Made by a program: the position numbers and the translations under genes. From Eledone cirrhosa (lineage: Eukaryota): a DNA stretch of 64,000 nt. Shown piece by piece: positions 13,423 to 26,700 of this stretch (its first letter is position 1; each line of letters begins with the position of its first letter). The DNA lies in assembly GCA_964016885.1 (NCBI GenBank), contig OZ024753.1, forward strand, positions 14,012,001 to 14,076,000, read 5' to 3'. A model generated the notes under the pieces. The model ran no database searches and was not told where the DNA came from. It saw only the letters and a program-made list of their open reading frames with translations.

Positions 13423-13859
13423 ATATATATATATATATAATACAAATTTTAGCACAGCATCAACGAAGCTTTTGGCTGCAGCCAAGCTAATGAATGCAGT
13501 TTTGGTGTGCAGCTAAGCACTCAATAGGGAATAATCCCTAGAGTTATAACATTACGTTTAGACAGCTTTGCAAATCAAATACAGTGACCGATAGACGGGC
13601 CGCAGTGACCATAGCGACGAATAAAACTCATGGAAAATTTTTGACTATATATATATATATATATATATATGCAAAAGTTCTATTTAAAGTTGTTGGAATA
13701 CAACAAGTAAATATTTTTATAACTGATATAAAGCACTCGACAAGTTTTTGGAGTAGATATACGATATTAATAAATGGAAACTATCCAGACAGCCTCCAAA
13801 AGTAATGGTTGCATTTTAAAAGGGTACGTCAAAGCTATTTGTAAAACTGTTATATATTG

Positions 13860-13924
13860 TATTTTGTCTGATGAAGGCATACCATAATTTAATGTGGTAT
13901 CCCTGAAATATGTATAATGAAATA
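13860..13924 (+). ncRNA. Minimal type I hammerhead ribozyme motif
   Basis: tattttgt-CTGATGA-aggcatacca..tggtatccct-GAAA-tatgta-TA-atgaaata; stem I pairs with wobbles; short self-complementary stem III typical of Penelope HHRs. Confidence 0.7.
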
Positions 13925-13950
13925 GATATGGTTTTATAAATATAATTATC

Positions 13951-13983
<33 letters not shown>

Positions 13984-14103
13984 AGTTAAACCAGATTCAA
14001 TGAGTACATCAATAGATGGGAAGCAATCTACAGAAAATATTTTCCAGAGTTATTAATATTAATTCCAAATATTAACAAAATAGATATTCTTGTGATCAAT
14101 TAT

Positions 14104-14168
14104 ATTTTATTATACATATTTCAGAGGTACTGAATTAAGTTCAACAGTACGTCCTCATCAGATAAAAT
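14104..14168 (-). ncRNA. Minimal type I hammerhead ribozyme motif
   Basis: Minus: attttat-CTGATGA-ggacgtactg..cagtacctct-GAAA-tatgta-TA-ataaaat; perfect 7-bp stem I. Confidence 0.75.
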
Positions 14169-14384
14169 CAAATCTTAAACATCTACCATGTCAGGGTATG
14201 TCATGTATCATTTTATCAAAGGCATGTATTGAGTTAGAAACTAAAAGTAGTCTCTTATTCTTAAATTGAGTCTGGGAAACCCTATTGTCCATAGTATTAT
14301 TTTCACCTTAGCGAATCTGGTCTCTTACGATTTGAACACATATATGTATATGTCTGTGTTCGTTTTTCTTTTTTGTTCAGTTAT

Positions 14385-14655
14385 ATCATCATCATCATCA
14401 CCGTTTTACGTCTGTTCTTCCATGCTAGCATGGGTTAGACGGGTTGTCCTGTTGTAGGCAGTGTCTGGTTGGCTGACCATGCCTTGCTCATACAGGAACT
14501 GATTTTGACTTGATATCTACAGCTGGATGCCCTTCCTAACACCAACCTCATTTACAGTGAGTGCTGGGTGCTTTTTCCGTGGCGCCTACACGTTCACTTT
14601 ACAGTGTGGGCTGGGTGCTATTTTGCCGTGGCACCTCCATGACCACTTTGCAGTG
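14385..14655 (-). mobile_element. Partial SINE B / RTE-B tail
   Basis: Reverse complement of the 6890-7165 segment. Confidence 0.8.
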
Positions 14656-14844
14656 GGAGGGTGTGGGGACATATTGTCTATATGCTTCAGCTTGTACCCA
14701 TGGGAGGTCGGGTACTCTGTATTACATATATATATATATATAGGGAATGTAACGTCCAATTACTGTAGGTTCACCAGAGTGAGTACTCAATACATAGTTT
14801 CCAGTCGGTATATTGGTGTAGAACTAAGCAGTGTAATTATAATA

Positions 14845-15024
14845 ATTATTTCTATGTTTGGCACAAGGCCAGCAATTACTCCAGTACATTACTGGTACTT
14901 TATTTTATCGACCCCGTAAGGATGAAAGGCAAAGTGAACCTCGGCGAGATTTGAACTCAGATCATAAAGGGGCATAACTCTATGCTGCAATGCATGGTGT
15001 CCGACCTTCTACCGATACTGGCAA
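14845..15024 (-). mobile_element. SINE family A
   Basis: Match to other family A copies. Confidence 0.85.
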
Positions 15025-15030
15025 TTATAA

Positions 15031-15645
15031 TCTATATATCTAAAACAGAGAATGTATGTATGTCTGTCTGTCTGTCCGATCACTAAAACTCGAGAACCAC
15101 CCAACCGATTGTTTTCAATCTTTACACATGTAATACTTATGGTCCTATGAGTGTTTTGAGCAAAGAAAATTTCAAATTTTCAATGCCCTATGGACCGCAT
15201 TATGCGATTTAGCAATCTCTCTCTATAACTCTTAGTCTTTCTCTTTTTAGATAGATACATAGATATAATGTTGCATATGCCTGGCTGTCTGCATTACAAC
15301 ATTATGACATAGCTGTATGTGTGTGTGTATATATGTATATATAGTGTGTGTATATATATATAACGTTTTTCGAAATATTTACTTCTGCGTTCACAGATTG
15401 ATTTTTTTTAGTTTCAGAAGATCCCGTTATGGGTGAAAGCAGCGATTCCTTGTTTAAACTTTAATCTGTTATTTTAATATATATATATATATATAATTAT
15501 ATATTCGTGTACAGATATTTTTGCATACACAATAACAAAATATAAACAAACGTATTTATTTCACAAGGCTCGATAAGGATAAATATATATCAAATATATA
15601 AGAACCCTAGAGCAAATCCTGAGCAACGCCGGGCCATTCTGCTAA
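15031..15645 (+). mobile_element. Non-autonomous Helitron
   Basis: 5' TCTATATATCTAAAAC...(GTCT)n; 3' GC hairpin cctgagcaacgccggg followed by degenerate CTAA; 3' half shared with 28480-28726. Confidence 0.7.
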
Positions 15646-15830
15646 CAAGAATTATTTGTTATGTCTTCATTAGGTTTATTGAGTAGTGAAGCATGTTTTG
15701 CTATTGATCAGCTCAAGGTTTGATCTGTATTGATCTACCCCGACTCTAGAATCAATAGCTCGTCGAACCTCTGCTGTGGTAATGACAGAATGAACCTGTA
15801 GAGTGTAGAAAGGTCTTACGGTAAGATTAG

Positions 15831-16625
15831 TTGGTATGGTCACGTGATGCGCATGAAAGACAACAGCTGTATAAAAAAGTGCTGGGCGATCAAAATTGAT
15901 GGAAGTTATGGAGTAGGTAGATCCAGAAATTTCTGGGTCTACCTACTCCGTAACTTCCATCAATTTTGATCGCCCTGCACTTTTTTTATACAGCTGTTGT
16001 CTTTCATGCGCATCATGTGACCATACCAATGTAGTCTTCGCTCCAGGAAACAGCATCTGATCCCTCTTATTCCTAATTTCTCACTTAGTTCATTTATGTT
16101 TTGCTGTTCGCGTATATTACTATTATAAATCCAATGGAGCATGCATGCTTCGTTCCTTTCCAGTCTGCGCAGGTCCTCTGCACGCAATGACCATGTCTCA
16201 CTGCCATGTAGCATAGTTGTTCGTATACAGACATCATACAATCTGCCTTTCATTTTTAGAGAGAAACCTTTTGTGGCCAACAGCGGTATAAGCTCTCTGA
16301 ACTTTTTACATCCTGTTCTGACTCTGGCTACCGTACTTTCAGAACACCCTCCACCACTGCTGATTTTGTCACCCAGGTAACGGAAGGTGTCTACTATTTC
16401 TATAGAACCATCTGAGCAATAGAAGGAGCTAGTATCCTGTGGGTATTTGCTACTTATTGCACCTGAGCATCAGCCACATATAAAATCTATGTTCTTTAGA
16501 TAGCTTACCTGTGATCCCACTACATCTTTTATGTACCTATAGTTTGCATTTGGGACATAAAATGGAATTTCTGCCTACTCCTTTCCTACACACTGAGCAT
16601 GGCCATTTTCCACATCTCATTTTCT
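15831..16625 (-). mobile_element. RTE family B fragment (Cys-rich insert plus RT C-terminus) ending in a fold-back
   Basis: KWPCSVCRKGVGRNSILCPKC, KGRLYDVCIRTTMLHGSETW; 15831-15928 is the inverted copy of 15929-16029. Confidence 0.9.
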
Positions 16626-17033
16626 TGTATATATACACACATATGGTATTAAATAATGCTGCACTCATTCCATATTCCAAATACACTTGCACACACTCAT
16701 ATACACTCACAAACATACACACACTCACTGGTATATCTTCTTCATTGTGAAAATAGCTGTTTAACTGCTATTTTCATTGCTTGAATGGGGTAGACATGTT
16801 GTTAGATTATGAGGTTAGCCAGATCAGGAAAGCACGTCTTGTTCATATGTATCTGTTTTTGGCAAGGTTTCTATGGCTGGATGCCCTTCTTTCCTAATGC
16901 CAATCACATTACATTGTATTTGGGAGGAGTTTTTTCTAATGCACCACCACTACCACAATACAGTGTGCTTTTTTTGTCATGGCTCCAGTACAGCTACCTA
17001 ACAGGATGGACTGGGTGCCTGTTATATATATGT

Positions 17034-17090
<57 letters not shown>

Positions 17091-17713
17091 GATATGTAAA
17101 CATTTTTGATTTCCATCGCCTGTAAACACAAGTCTCTGATTACCTTAACCTGTAAACAAAACACTCAGAAAAGACTGTAAACATGCATTCATAACCCCTG
17201 TTAAACCAACCCCTAACCTGCATTCCTGATGTTGTAAACCAACCATGGACCGCATCAGCAACAAAATAGGGAAGACACATTATCAGGCTACAGCTGCCAT
17301 ATTACATAGTTTCTATAACAGACCACAACAGCCACCAAATGGGGAAGACAGACATTATCAGGCTACAGCTGTCATATTACGTAGTTTCTATATAATAAAA
17401 CAATTATTATCTGCGGTGACTACAATCACATTATGTAATAGGCCACGTTGCACATCCTCTTTATGTATCAATTATAAACTCCCCCATACTCAACACAGAG
17501 ACAACATAAGCCCTAAAACATCTTTCCCAATTCTATATTATTTTGAAAATTAGTTGAAAATCATAGGTAGTATCTTTCATTCATTAGAAATATGTTAAGG
17601 AAAGAATTGAGCAAGAAGTATATTTTTATATTCCACTCTTAAATTGGTTAATTATAAAGTTAAGATTTATCAATATCATAGTCACACTTAGTTTCCTTTC
17701 ACTCTGGCCTACT

Positions 17714-17800
17714 TCAAATTTTGGTCAATTGTTTACACAAATATGTAGCAGTAACTTCAGCTTGCCACACCATTCTACTAAAAGTACTGGCATGAATGAC
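17714..17800 (-). CDS. Candidate exon of minus-strand small ORF (VIHASTFSRMVWQAEVTATYLCKQLTKI*)
   Basis: Acceptor attctatttag, phase 0 matches the 28347 donor; unique non-repeat sequence; alternative acceptor at 17823 and internal donor at 17737 are possible. Confidence 0.35.
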   Translation of the reverse strand, partial: VIHASTFSRMVWQAEVTATYLCKQLTKI

Positions 17801-17849
17801 CTAAATAGAATTATTCTATATTTCTGAAACACAGAAGATCCTACTTTAA

Positions 17850-18037
17850 CCCTTTAGTGTTCAAACCGCCCAAAACCGCTGTAACTGGTCGCTCAAACTG
17901 GTGTTAAGGTATTGTTTTCAAAATAAATACTTTCAAAATCTCATAGATTCGATATTATGTGAGATAATTATGTGAGGTAAAGCCTTTACCATTATTATAT
18001 AATAGTATATATATAAAATAATGTGAATGCTAAAGGG
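17850..18037. mobile_element. piggyBac-type MITE
   Basis: TTAA|CCCTTTAG...CTAAAGGG|TTAA; other copies at 48096-48286 and ~62366-62572. Confidence 0.85.
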
Positions 18038-18096
18038 TTAAGGGGAAAGCAGAAAAAATTGTTTGCTTGAACTTTTAATTTGTGCTAATAATAAAT

Positions 18097-18208
<112 letters not shown>

Positions 18209-18216
18209 GTAATAAC

Positions 18217-18433
18217 CACTGGCCTCTCTGATTTGCCTATCTGCTGGGTCATTCCTATGTTTAGATATTATTCTAATTTCTATGTTGTCTATGTTACCGT
18301 CATGTTGTTGTCTAGCATGTTCGTATAGAACTATACGAATATGCTAGACAACAACATGACGGTAACATAGAAATTAGAATAATATCTAAACATAGGAATG
18401 ACCCAGCAGATAGGCAAATCAGAGAGGCCAGTG
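18217..18433. repeat. Near-perfect ~215-bp palindrome
   Basis: cactggcctctctgattt...tatag-aa-ctata...aaatcagagaggccagtg; one 9-bp indel (duplicated ctatgtt). Confidence 0.92.
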
Positions 18434-18689
18434 AAATAGAAATTAGAAGACCAAAGCTAAACAGAAAGAATGAGTGGAACAACAACAACACCCAAACAAA
18501 CAACACTGACCTAAGAGAAGTGTAAATAAAATAAAATAAAATAAGATAAATAAATACATACACAAGCACAATAACAACAAGCACATAAACACACACTAGT
18601 CACCCAGCAGACACAACACTATACACACTAGTCACACAGCACACATAACACTATGCACACACGCAAACGCATGCGCAAAGAAGACAAAA

Positions 18690-19035
18690 TAAAATGAACA
18701 AACAAGCAAATAAATAAATAAATATATAGACAGACTGAATAAAAAATGGCGTAGACATACAACACAACAGGAGGAAAAAAAAAATATAACACCACTGACG
18801 ATGTTGCAGATGTGCAACGAAAGATTTATGTAAACTATATATATGTGTTATGTGTCTATATTGTATCTGTATTATTTTTGACCGTCGGTCAGTCAATGGC
18901 AACATTGAGGACGGAGTAAGTTAGATCACAGATATAAAAGACAGCGAGAAGCGAAAACCAACCAAACAGTGAGTGTGTTCTGTTATTAATTCTGGCAATA
19001 TTACGCAAATATGACCCTCCCCAAGTATAACAATA
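18690..19035 (+). mobile_element. Penelope-like non-coding repeat with hammerhead core
   Basis: CTGACGA-tgttgca gatg tgcaac-GAAA at 18795-18822; ends ccctccccaagtataacaata, same family as 57850-58110. Confidence 0.65.
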
Positions 19036-19057
19036 TATATATATATATATATATATA

Positions 19058-19250
19058 AGAAAATGTTTGACTCTGACGGCAGAGCTCAAACCGTTTCGAC
19101 GGCTATTTCTGTCCAAAAATAGCCGTTGAAACGGCTTGAGCTCTGCCGTCCGGGTCAAACATTTTCCTATTACTCACTCTACTACCCTAAGTATTGAGTA
19201 CTCTGGTGCGTTATGGTCCATCTGGTTCCTTACCACAACTCCTTCATTAT
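19058..19250 (+). mobile_element. Fold-back Penelope-like fragment with hammerhead 3' half
   Basis: Palindrome 19059-19166 containing GAAACggc-ttgagctct-gccGTC; downstream sequence shared with 58320-58395. Confidence 0.65.
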
Positions 19251-19506
19251 ATATATATAGGCCAGCAATTATCCCAGTGCATTACTGGTACTTTATTTTA
19301 TCGACCCCGTAAGGATAAAAGGCAAAGTTAACCTCGGCAGGATTTAAACTCAGAATGGCAAGGGCCATAACTCTATGCGTCAAAGCATGGCGTCCGACCC
19401 TCTACCGATACTGCCAATCCATCACCATCGAGAAATCTATAAATAATAACTGTTAGGGGAACTGTGTGTATGGAGTCTCGTTGTAGTCTTTCGTTGGTAG
19501 TTGGGA

Positions 19507-20004
19507 ATTACATCTGGTGAATACCTTGGCTGTTACCCTCGTTTCGTACAGATATACACAACAGGTGTGTTACATCTGGTGAATACCTTGGCTGTTACCC
19601 TCGTTTCGTACAGATATACACAACAGGTGTGTTACATCTGGTGAATACCTTGGCTGTTACCCTCGTTTCGTACAGATATACACAACAGGTGTGTTACATC
19701 TGGTGAATACCTTGGCTGTTACCCTCGTTTCGTACAGATATACACAACAGGTGTGTTACATCTGGTGAATACCTTGGCTGTTTCCCTCGTTTCGTACAGA
19801 TATACACAACAGGTGTGTTACATCTGGTGAATACCTTGGCTGTTACCCTCGTTTCGTACAGATATACACAACAGGTGTGTTACATCTGGTGAATACCTTG
19901 GCTGTTTCCCTCGTTTCGTACAGATATACACAACAGGTGTGTTACATCTGGTGAATACCTTGGCTGTTACCCTCGTTTCGTACAGATATACACAACAGGT
20001 GTGA
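19507..20004. repeat. 62-bp minisatellite, 8 copies, inside a dispersed TG...CA element
   Basis: Unit ttacatctggtgaataccttggctgttaccctcgtttcgtacagatatacacaacaggtgtg; single-unit homolog on the minus strand at 52870-52991. Confidence 0.93.
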
Positions 20005-20119
20005 TACACTGTTAGAACAATATGTAAACCTGCGTATGTTTTTGTAACCTGATCCTGTAACAACACCCTTATCAATATTATTATTATTGTTATCAATATT
20101 ATTATTATTATTATTATAG

Positions 20120-20492
20120 GGCGGTGAATTGGCAGAATCGGTAGAGGGTCGGACGACATGCTTTGCAGCATAAAGTTACGGCCCTTTATGATCTGAGTTC
20201 AAATCCCGCCGAAGTTAGCTTGGCCTTTCATCCTTACGGGGTCAATGAAATAAAGTACCAGTAATACACTGGGATAATTGCTGGCCTTGTGCCTAAATGT
20301 AGAAACAATTATTATTTGCAACATAGAGTTACGGCCCTTTACGCCCTGACTTCCAATCCCGCCGAGGTCAACTTTGTCTTTCATCCTTACAGAGTCGGTA
20401 AAATAAAGCACCAGTAATGTACTGGGGTCGATTTAATCGACTCCTCCCTCCCCCAAAATCACTGGCTTTGTGCCTATACTAGAAATCATTAT
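20120..20492 (+). mobile_element. Two tandem SINE family A copies
   Basis: Full copy 20120-20315 plus 5'-truncated variant with a longer 3' part. Confidence 0.85.
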
Positions 20493-20494
20493 TC

Positions 20495-22005
20495 TTAGAC
20501 AAGTTAACTTTGAGGCCTTTTGATTCTAGGCCATGCTTCCATGTTTGGAATTTCTTCTCTAGTTCAGCCATAGATTCAGCTATGAGAGTTAGATCATCTG
20601 TGTATAGAAGTACCCATGGGTAGCCGGTCTTAAACTGCTCTGTTATAGCCTGAAGGGCAATAATAAATAGGAGGGACCAAGGACAGAGCCTTGATGAACA
20701 CCAACTTTTACACTAAATTCTTCACTATATTCATTGTTAATTCTAACCTTACTGACTGTTTCTTTATACATAGCTTGTATAGCTCTCACAAGCCATTCAT
20801 CTACACCTAGTTTTCTAAGAGCCCACCAGATAATGGAGCGGGGGACTCTGTCAAAGGCTTTTTCCAGGTCTACAAAAGCTAAGTAGAGGGACTTACTTTC
20901 AGCTAGGTACTTCTCCTGTAGTTGTCACACAAGGAAAAGTGCACCTGTGATACTTTTGCCTGACACAAACCCAAACTGCATTGCATCTAGATCAATTTGA
21001 TCTCTGATTAGTTGTGCTATAACTCTTTCTGTGATCTTCATGACCTGGTCAACTAACTTAATGCCTCTATAGTTTCCCCTATCTAGAGCATCCCCTTTAC
21101 CCTTGTAGCAGTTAATGATGATGCTGCTACGGCAGTCATTTGGTATGACCCCATACTGTATTACATGGTTTACTATCCGGGTGACCATAGTATGTCCCAC
21201 CATTCCAGATGCTTTCAACATCTCAGCATCTATCTCCGAAGGCCCAGCTGCCTTGCCTGTCTTCATATCTTTGATTGCCTTACTTATTATACTACCTTTA
21301 ACTTGCACTGCTGGTGAAACTTCCAAGCTACCTTCTTATCAGTATGGGTGAGAGCAAGTACACCATCATCATTACGGACACACTTCTCCCCGACAATATC
21401 ACGGTTTTCCTTGACACATTGTCTTGCAATCCTGAACACCACGTTTTTGGTCCTCGCGTTGTAGAACATGCTTGAATTTTCTATCCTCTGCTTCCCTTCT
21501 TGCAAAGTAGACTTGTCTCCTAGCTTCCTTTTGGCCACTTGATAGTCTTCACTACTTCCCCCATCCTGCCATACTTTCCAAGCCTGCTTTTTGGCATTGA
21601 TTGTCTCCTCCACCTTACTATTCCAACACCAAGTTACTCTCCTCCTGCCTATAGGTCTGCTCCAGCCACAGATTTCATCCATTGCCTTCAGCAGGTTAAC
21701 TTTCAAGAATTCCCACTGTTCCTCTATATCGTACGTCTCTAATTGCTCTTCCTTACTGTCAAAAGCATCAAGTAATAAGCTTTTAAATTTGTCACTGGCT
21801 GTGGGGTACTTTAACTTCCATATTCTTCTCCTCAAGGTAGTCCTCCTCTGTTGTCGAGTACATCTAGTCCTGACTATGAGGTCTCTAACTATGAGGCTAT
21901 GTTGGGAGGTGCATTCTTCACAGGGGAGGGATTTAGTGTTTACAACAGACACTCTGTCACGTCTTCTGGTAAGGATATAATCTATCTGGCTGGCGTGTTC
22001 CTCAT
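20495..22005 (-). pseudogene. RTE LINE ORF fragment (endonuclease C-term plus RT domains), frameshifted
   Basis: SQIDYIL..SQH, GKAAGP, YKGKGDALDRGNYRGIKL, QFGF, DLEKAFD, VHQGS, LLYTDDL motifs. Confidence 0.93.
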
Positions 22006-22187
22006 ATATATACACACACACATATACATACACATACATATATACACACATATATATCTATATATATATACACACACATATATATATACACACACACATA
22101 TATATATATATACACATATACACACATACACACACATATCATCATCATCATCATATACACCATGCATACATATATATATATATATAT

Positions 22188-22750
22188 GTATCTAGAATAA
22201 GGACGGGTTGGAAGAAGTTTAGGGAGCTGCTTCCTCTGCTAAGAAAGAAGGGTTTCTCCTTGCATACGAAAGGACGGTTATATGATGCCTGTGTGAGATG
22301 CACAATGCTGCATGGTTGTGAGACATGGGCAGCAACTCCAGAGGATATGCGACGGCTGGAGAGAAATGAGGCAAACATGCTCCGTTGGATGTGCAATGTC
22401 AATGTGCGTGAACGACCAAGCATGGATGAGTTGAGAGAGAAACTGTGTATAAGCGGGATAAGTTGTAGTGTGCGGAAGAGAACATTGCGATGGTATGGAC
22501 ATGTGATGCGCATGGAGGATGACCGCCGGGTAAAGAAGTGCCAAGAAATCCAAGTAGAAGGAAGACGTGGTAGAGGTAAACCACGAAAAACATGGGCGGA
22601 GGTGGTGAGAACAGACCTCAGATTGCTGAAGCTCACGGTGGAGATGATGAAGGACCGCGACAAGTGGAGAGATGCTGTGCTGAATAGGACCCGTCCCACC
22701 CTTGCAAGCAGGGATAAGCGGACGTAAAATGATGATGATAGTGATGATGA
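22188..22750 (+). mobile_element. RTE family A 3' fragment
   Basis: KGRLYDACVRCTMLHGCETW..LRWYGHVMRM..RGRGKPRKTW; ORF stop lies just before the (GAT)n tail. Confidence 0.93.
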
Positions 22751-22842
22751 CACATGTCAGTTTATCCCAGGTTCAATCAGGGGTAACCACAGTAAGAAAG
22801 GTACTCAATACAAAACAGAGTATAAATATTTAATATAGAAAA

Positions 22843-22893
22843 GGCTTCTACAGGACAAGAACTGTTTCATTCGGGAGAAATCATCAGGAAGCC
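22843..22893 (-). ncRNA. Complete type I hammerhead ribozyme
   Basis: Minus: ggcttc-CTGATGA-t-ttc tccc gaa-t-GAAA-cag ttcttgtc ctg-TA-gaagcc; perfect 6-bp stem I, GUA cleavage triplet. Confidence 0.85.
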
Positions 22894-23769
22894 AACTGTC
22901 CAAGTAATATGGTGGTGGGAGAGGGTGGTGATTGGGATGGGTGGAGGTCAATTCCACTGTTCCACTAATTCCACTATTCCTGTAATTCCACTATTCCACT
23001 GCACAAATAACTTTATTTATAGACTCCGAAAGCAACCAACACAGTACTACTAGTATTACTGTTTAAAATGTTTTACTTTACACCACTGCAAACTTGATTA
23101 TGAGCTGTGTGTATGTGTTGTGCTTGCATATACATGAATCTGAGTGATAATTTTTGTGTGTGCTTGCGTGTGTGTGAGTGTCTTTTTTTTGCATATACAT
23201 GAATCTGTGTGATAATGTTTGTTTGTTTGTTTGTTTGTTTGTGTGTGTGTTTGAGTGTGTGTATTTGTGTGTGTGTGTATTTGTGTGTGTATTTGTGTGT
23301 GTTTGAGTGTGTGTGTATTTGTATGCGTGTGTGCAAATCTAAACCAAAAATGTCTGGTCTGGTATGGTATTTCTATGTTTATGTTTTCAAGAAACCAAAT
23401 ATCTAACAATCCTTCATAATGTTTGGTTAAATAAAATTAGATATAAGGGTAGGCTTGGTTGTGTGGTTAAGGAGTCTGCTTTGCATCCAGAGTTTGGAGT
23501 TCAATTCCTCGACATGGCTCCTTGAGCAAGTGTCATTTACTATAAGCCCTGAGTTGACCAATGTCTTGTTAGTGGAATTTGGTATATGAAAACTGCAATA
23601 CAACTTCCTTACCCAGCACATCTGTATGGTAATCCAAGCCAGTCTCATAATATAATTGCCAGACACAATACTTTCCCTCCAAGACCCAACACTTCCTCAC
23701 TCATGGTGGCATGACCCCTACTACATCTCTGATCTCATCAATGTTTCCCCACTGCTGGTGTCATGATAA

Positions 23770-26700
23770 AAATACACCCAGTCCAGTCTGTAAAGTGATA
23801 GTGCTGGTGCCACAATGAAATACACCCACCCCAGTCAGTAAAGTGATAGTGCTGGTGCCACAATGAAAAGCACCCAGTCCAGTCTGTAAAGTGATAGTGC
23901 TGGTGCCACAATGAAAAGCACCCAGTCCAGTCTGTAAAGTGATAGTGCTGGTGCCACAATGAAATACACCCAGTCCAGTCTGTAAAGTGATAGTGCTGGT
24001 GCCACAATGAAAAGCACCCAGTCCAGTCTGTAAAGTGATAGTGCTGGTGCCACAATGAAAAGCACCCAGTCCAGTCTGTAAAGTGATAGTGCTGGTGCCA
24101 CAATGAAATACACCCAGTCCAGCCTGTAAAGTGATAGTGCTGGTGCCACAATGAAATACACCCAGTCCAGTCTGTAAAGTGATAGTGCTGGTGCCACAAT
24201 GAAATACACCCAGTCCAGTCTGTAAAGTGATAGTGCTGGTGCCACAATGAAATACACCCAGTCCAGTCTGTAAAGTGATAGTGCTGGTGCCACAATGAAA
24301 TACACCCAGTCCAGTCTGTAAAGTGATAGTGCTGGTGCCACAATGAAATACACCCAGTCCAGTCTGTAAAGTGATAGTGCTGGTGCCACAATGAAATACA
24401 CCCAGTCCAGTCTGTAAAGTGATAGTGCAGGTGCCACAATGAAAAGCACCCAGTCCAGTCTGTAAAGTGATAGTGCTGGTGCCACAATGAAAAGCACCCA
24501 GTCCAGTTTGTAAAGTGATAGTGCTGGTGCCACAATGAAAAGCACCCAGTCCAGTTTGTAAAGTGATAGTGCTGGTGCCACAATGAAATACACCCAGTCC
24601 AGTCTGTAAAGTGATAGTGCTGGTGCCACAATGAAAAGCACCCAGTCCAGTCTGTAAAGTGATAGTGCTGGTGCCACAATGAAATACACCCAGTCCAGTC
24701 TGTAAAGTGATAGTGCTGGTGCCACAATGAAATACACCCAGTCCAGTCTGTAAAGTGATAGTGCTGGTGCCACAATGAAAAGCACCCAGTCCAGTTTGTA
24801 AAGTGATAGTGCTGGTGCCACAATGAAATACACCCAGTCCAGTCTGTAAAGTGATAGTGCTGGTGCCACAATGAAAAGCACCCAGTCCAGTTTGTAAAGT
24901 GATAGTGCTGGTGCCACAATGAAATACACCCAGTCCAGTCTGTAAAGTGATAGTGCTGGTGCCACAATGAAATACACCCACCCCAGTCAGTAAAGTGATA
25001 GTGCTGGTGCCACAATGAAATACACCCAGTCCAGCCTGTAAAGTGATAGTGCTGGTGCCACAATGAAAAGCACCCAGTCCAGTCTGTAAAGTGATAGTGC
25101 TGGTGCCACAGTGAAATACACCCAGTCCAGCCTGTAAAGTGATAGTGCTGGTGCCACAATGAAATACACCCACCCCAGTCTGTAAAGTGATAGTGCTGGT
25201 GCCACAATGAAATACACCCAGTCCAGTCTGTAAAGTGATAGTGCTGGTGCCACAGTGAAATACACCCAGTCCAGTCTGTAAAGTGATAGTGCTGGTGTCA
25301 CAATGAAAAGCACCCAGTCCAGTCTGTAAAGTGATAGTGCTGGTGCCACAATGAAATACACCCACCCCAGTCAGTAAAGTGATAGTGCTGGTGCCACAGT
25401 GAAATACACCCAGTCCAGTCTGTAAAGTGATAGTGCTGGTGCCACAATGAAATACACCCAGTCCAGTCTGTAAAGTGATAGTGCTGGTGCCACAATGAAA
25501 TACACCCAGTCCAGTCTGTAAAGTGATAGTGCTGGTGCAACAGTGAAATACACCCACCCCAGTCAGTAAAGTTATAGTGCTGGTGCCACAATGAAATACA
25601 CCCAGTCCAGTCTGTAAAGTGATAGTGCTGGTGCCACAATGAAATACACCCAGTCCAGTCTGTAAAGTGATAGTGCTGGTGCCACAATGAAATACACCCA
25701 GTCCAGTCTGTAAAGTGATAGTGCTGGTGCCACAATGAAATACACCCAGTCCAGTCTGTAAAGTGATAGTGCTGGTGCCACAATGAAATACACCCAGTCC
25801 AGTCTGTAAAGTGATAGTGCTGGTGCCACAATGAAAAGCACCCAGTCCAGTTTGTAAAGTGATAGTGCTGGTGCCACAATGAAATACACCCAGTCCAGCC
25901 TGTAAAGTGATAGTGCTGGTGCCACAATGAAATACACCCAGTCCAGTCTGTAAAGTGATAGTGCTGGTGCCACAATGAAAAGCACCCAGTCCAGTCTGTA
26001 AAGTGATAGTGCTGGTGTCACAATGAAATACACCCAGTCCAGCCTGTAAAGTGATAGTGCTGGTGCCACAATGAAATACACCCAGTCCAGTCTGTAAAGT
26101 GATAGTGCTGGTGCCACAATGAAAAGCACCCAGTCCAATCTGTAAAGTGATAGTGCTGGTGCCACAATGAAATACACCCAGTCCAGTCTGTAAAGTGATA
26201 GTGCTGGTGCCACAATGAAATACACCCAGTCCAGTCTGTAAAGTGATAGTGCTGGTGCCACAATGAAATACACCCAGTCCAGTCTGTAAAGTGATAGTGC
26301 AGGTGCCACAATGAAAAGCACCCAGTCCAGTCTGTAAAGTGATAGTGCTGGTGCCACAATGAAAAGCACCCAGTCCAGTTTGTAAAGTGATAGTGCTGGT
26401 GCCACAATGAAAAGCACCCAGTCCAGTTTGTAAAGTGATAGTGCTGGTGCCACAATGAAATACACCCAGTCCAGTCTGTAAAGTGATAGTGCTGGTGCCA
26501 CAATGAAAAGCACCCAGTCCAGTCTGTAAAGTGATAGTGCTGGTGCCACAATGAAATACACCCAGTCCAGTCTGTAAAGTGATAGTGCTGGTGCCACAAT
26601 GAAATACACCCAGTCCAGTCTGTAAAGTGATAGTGCTGGTGCCACAATGAAAAGCACCCAGTCCAGTTTGTAAAGTGATAGTGCTGGTGCCACAATGAAA

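Noticed and set aside
16729-16775. Minus-strand exon ending cca|gtgagt
   Set aside because: Donor arises from the CA-repeat edge; stops upstream in all frames; no polypyrimidine tract
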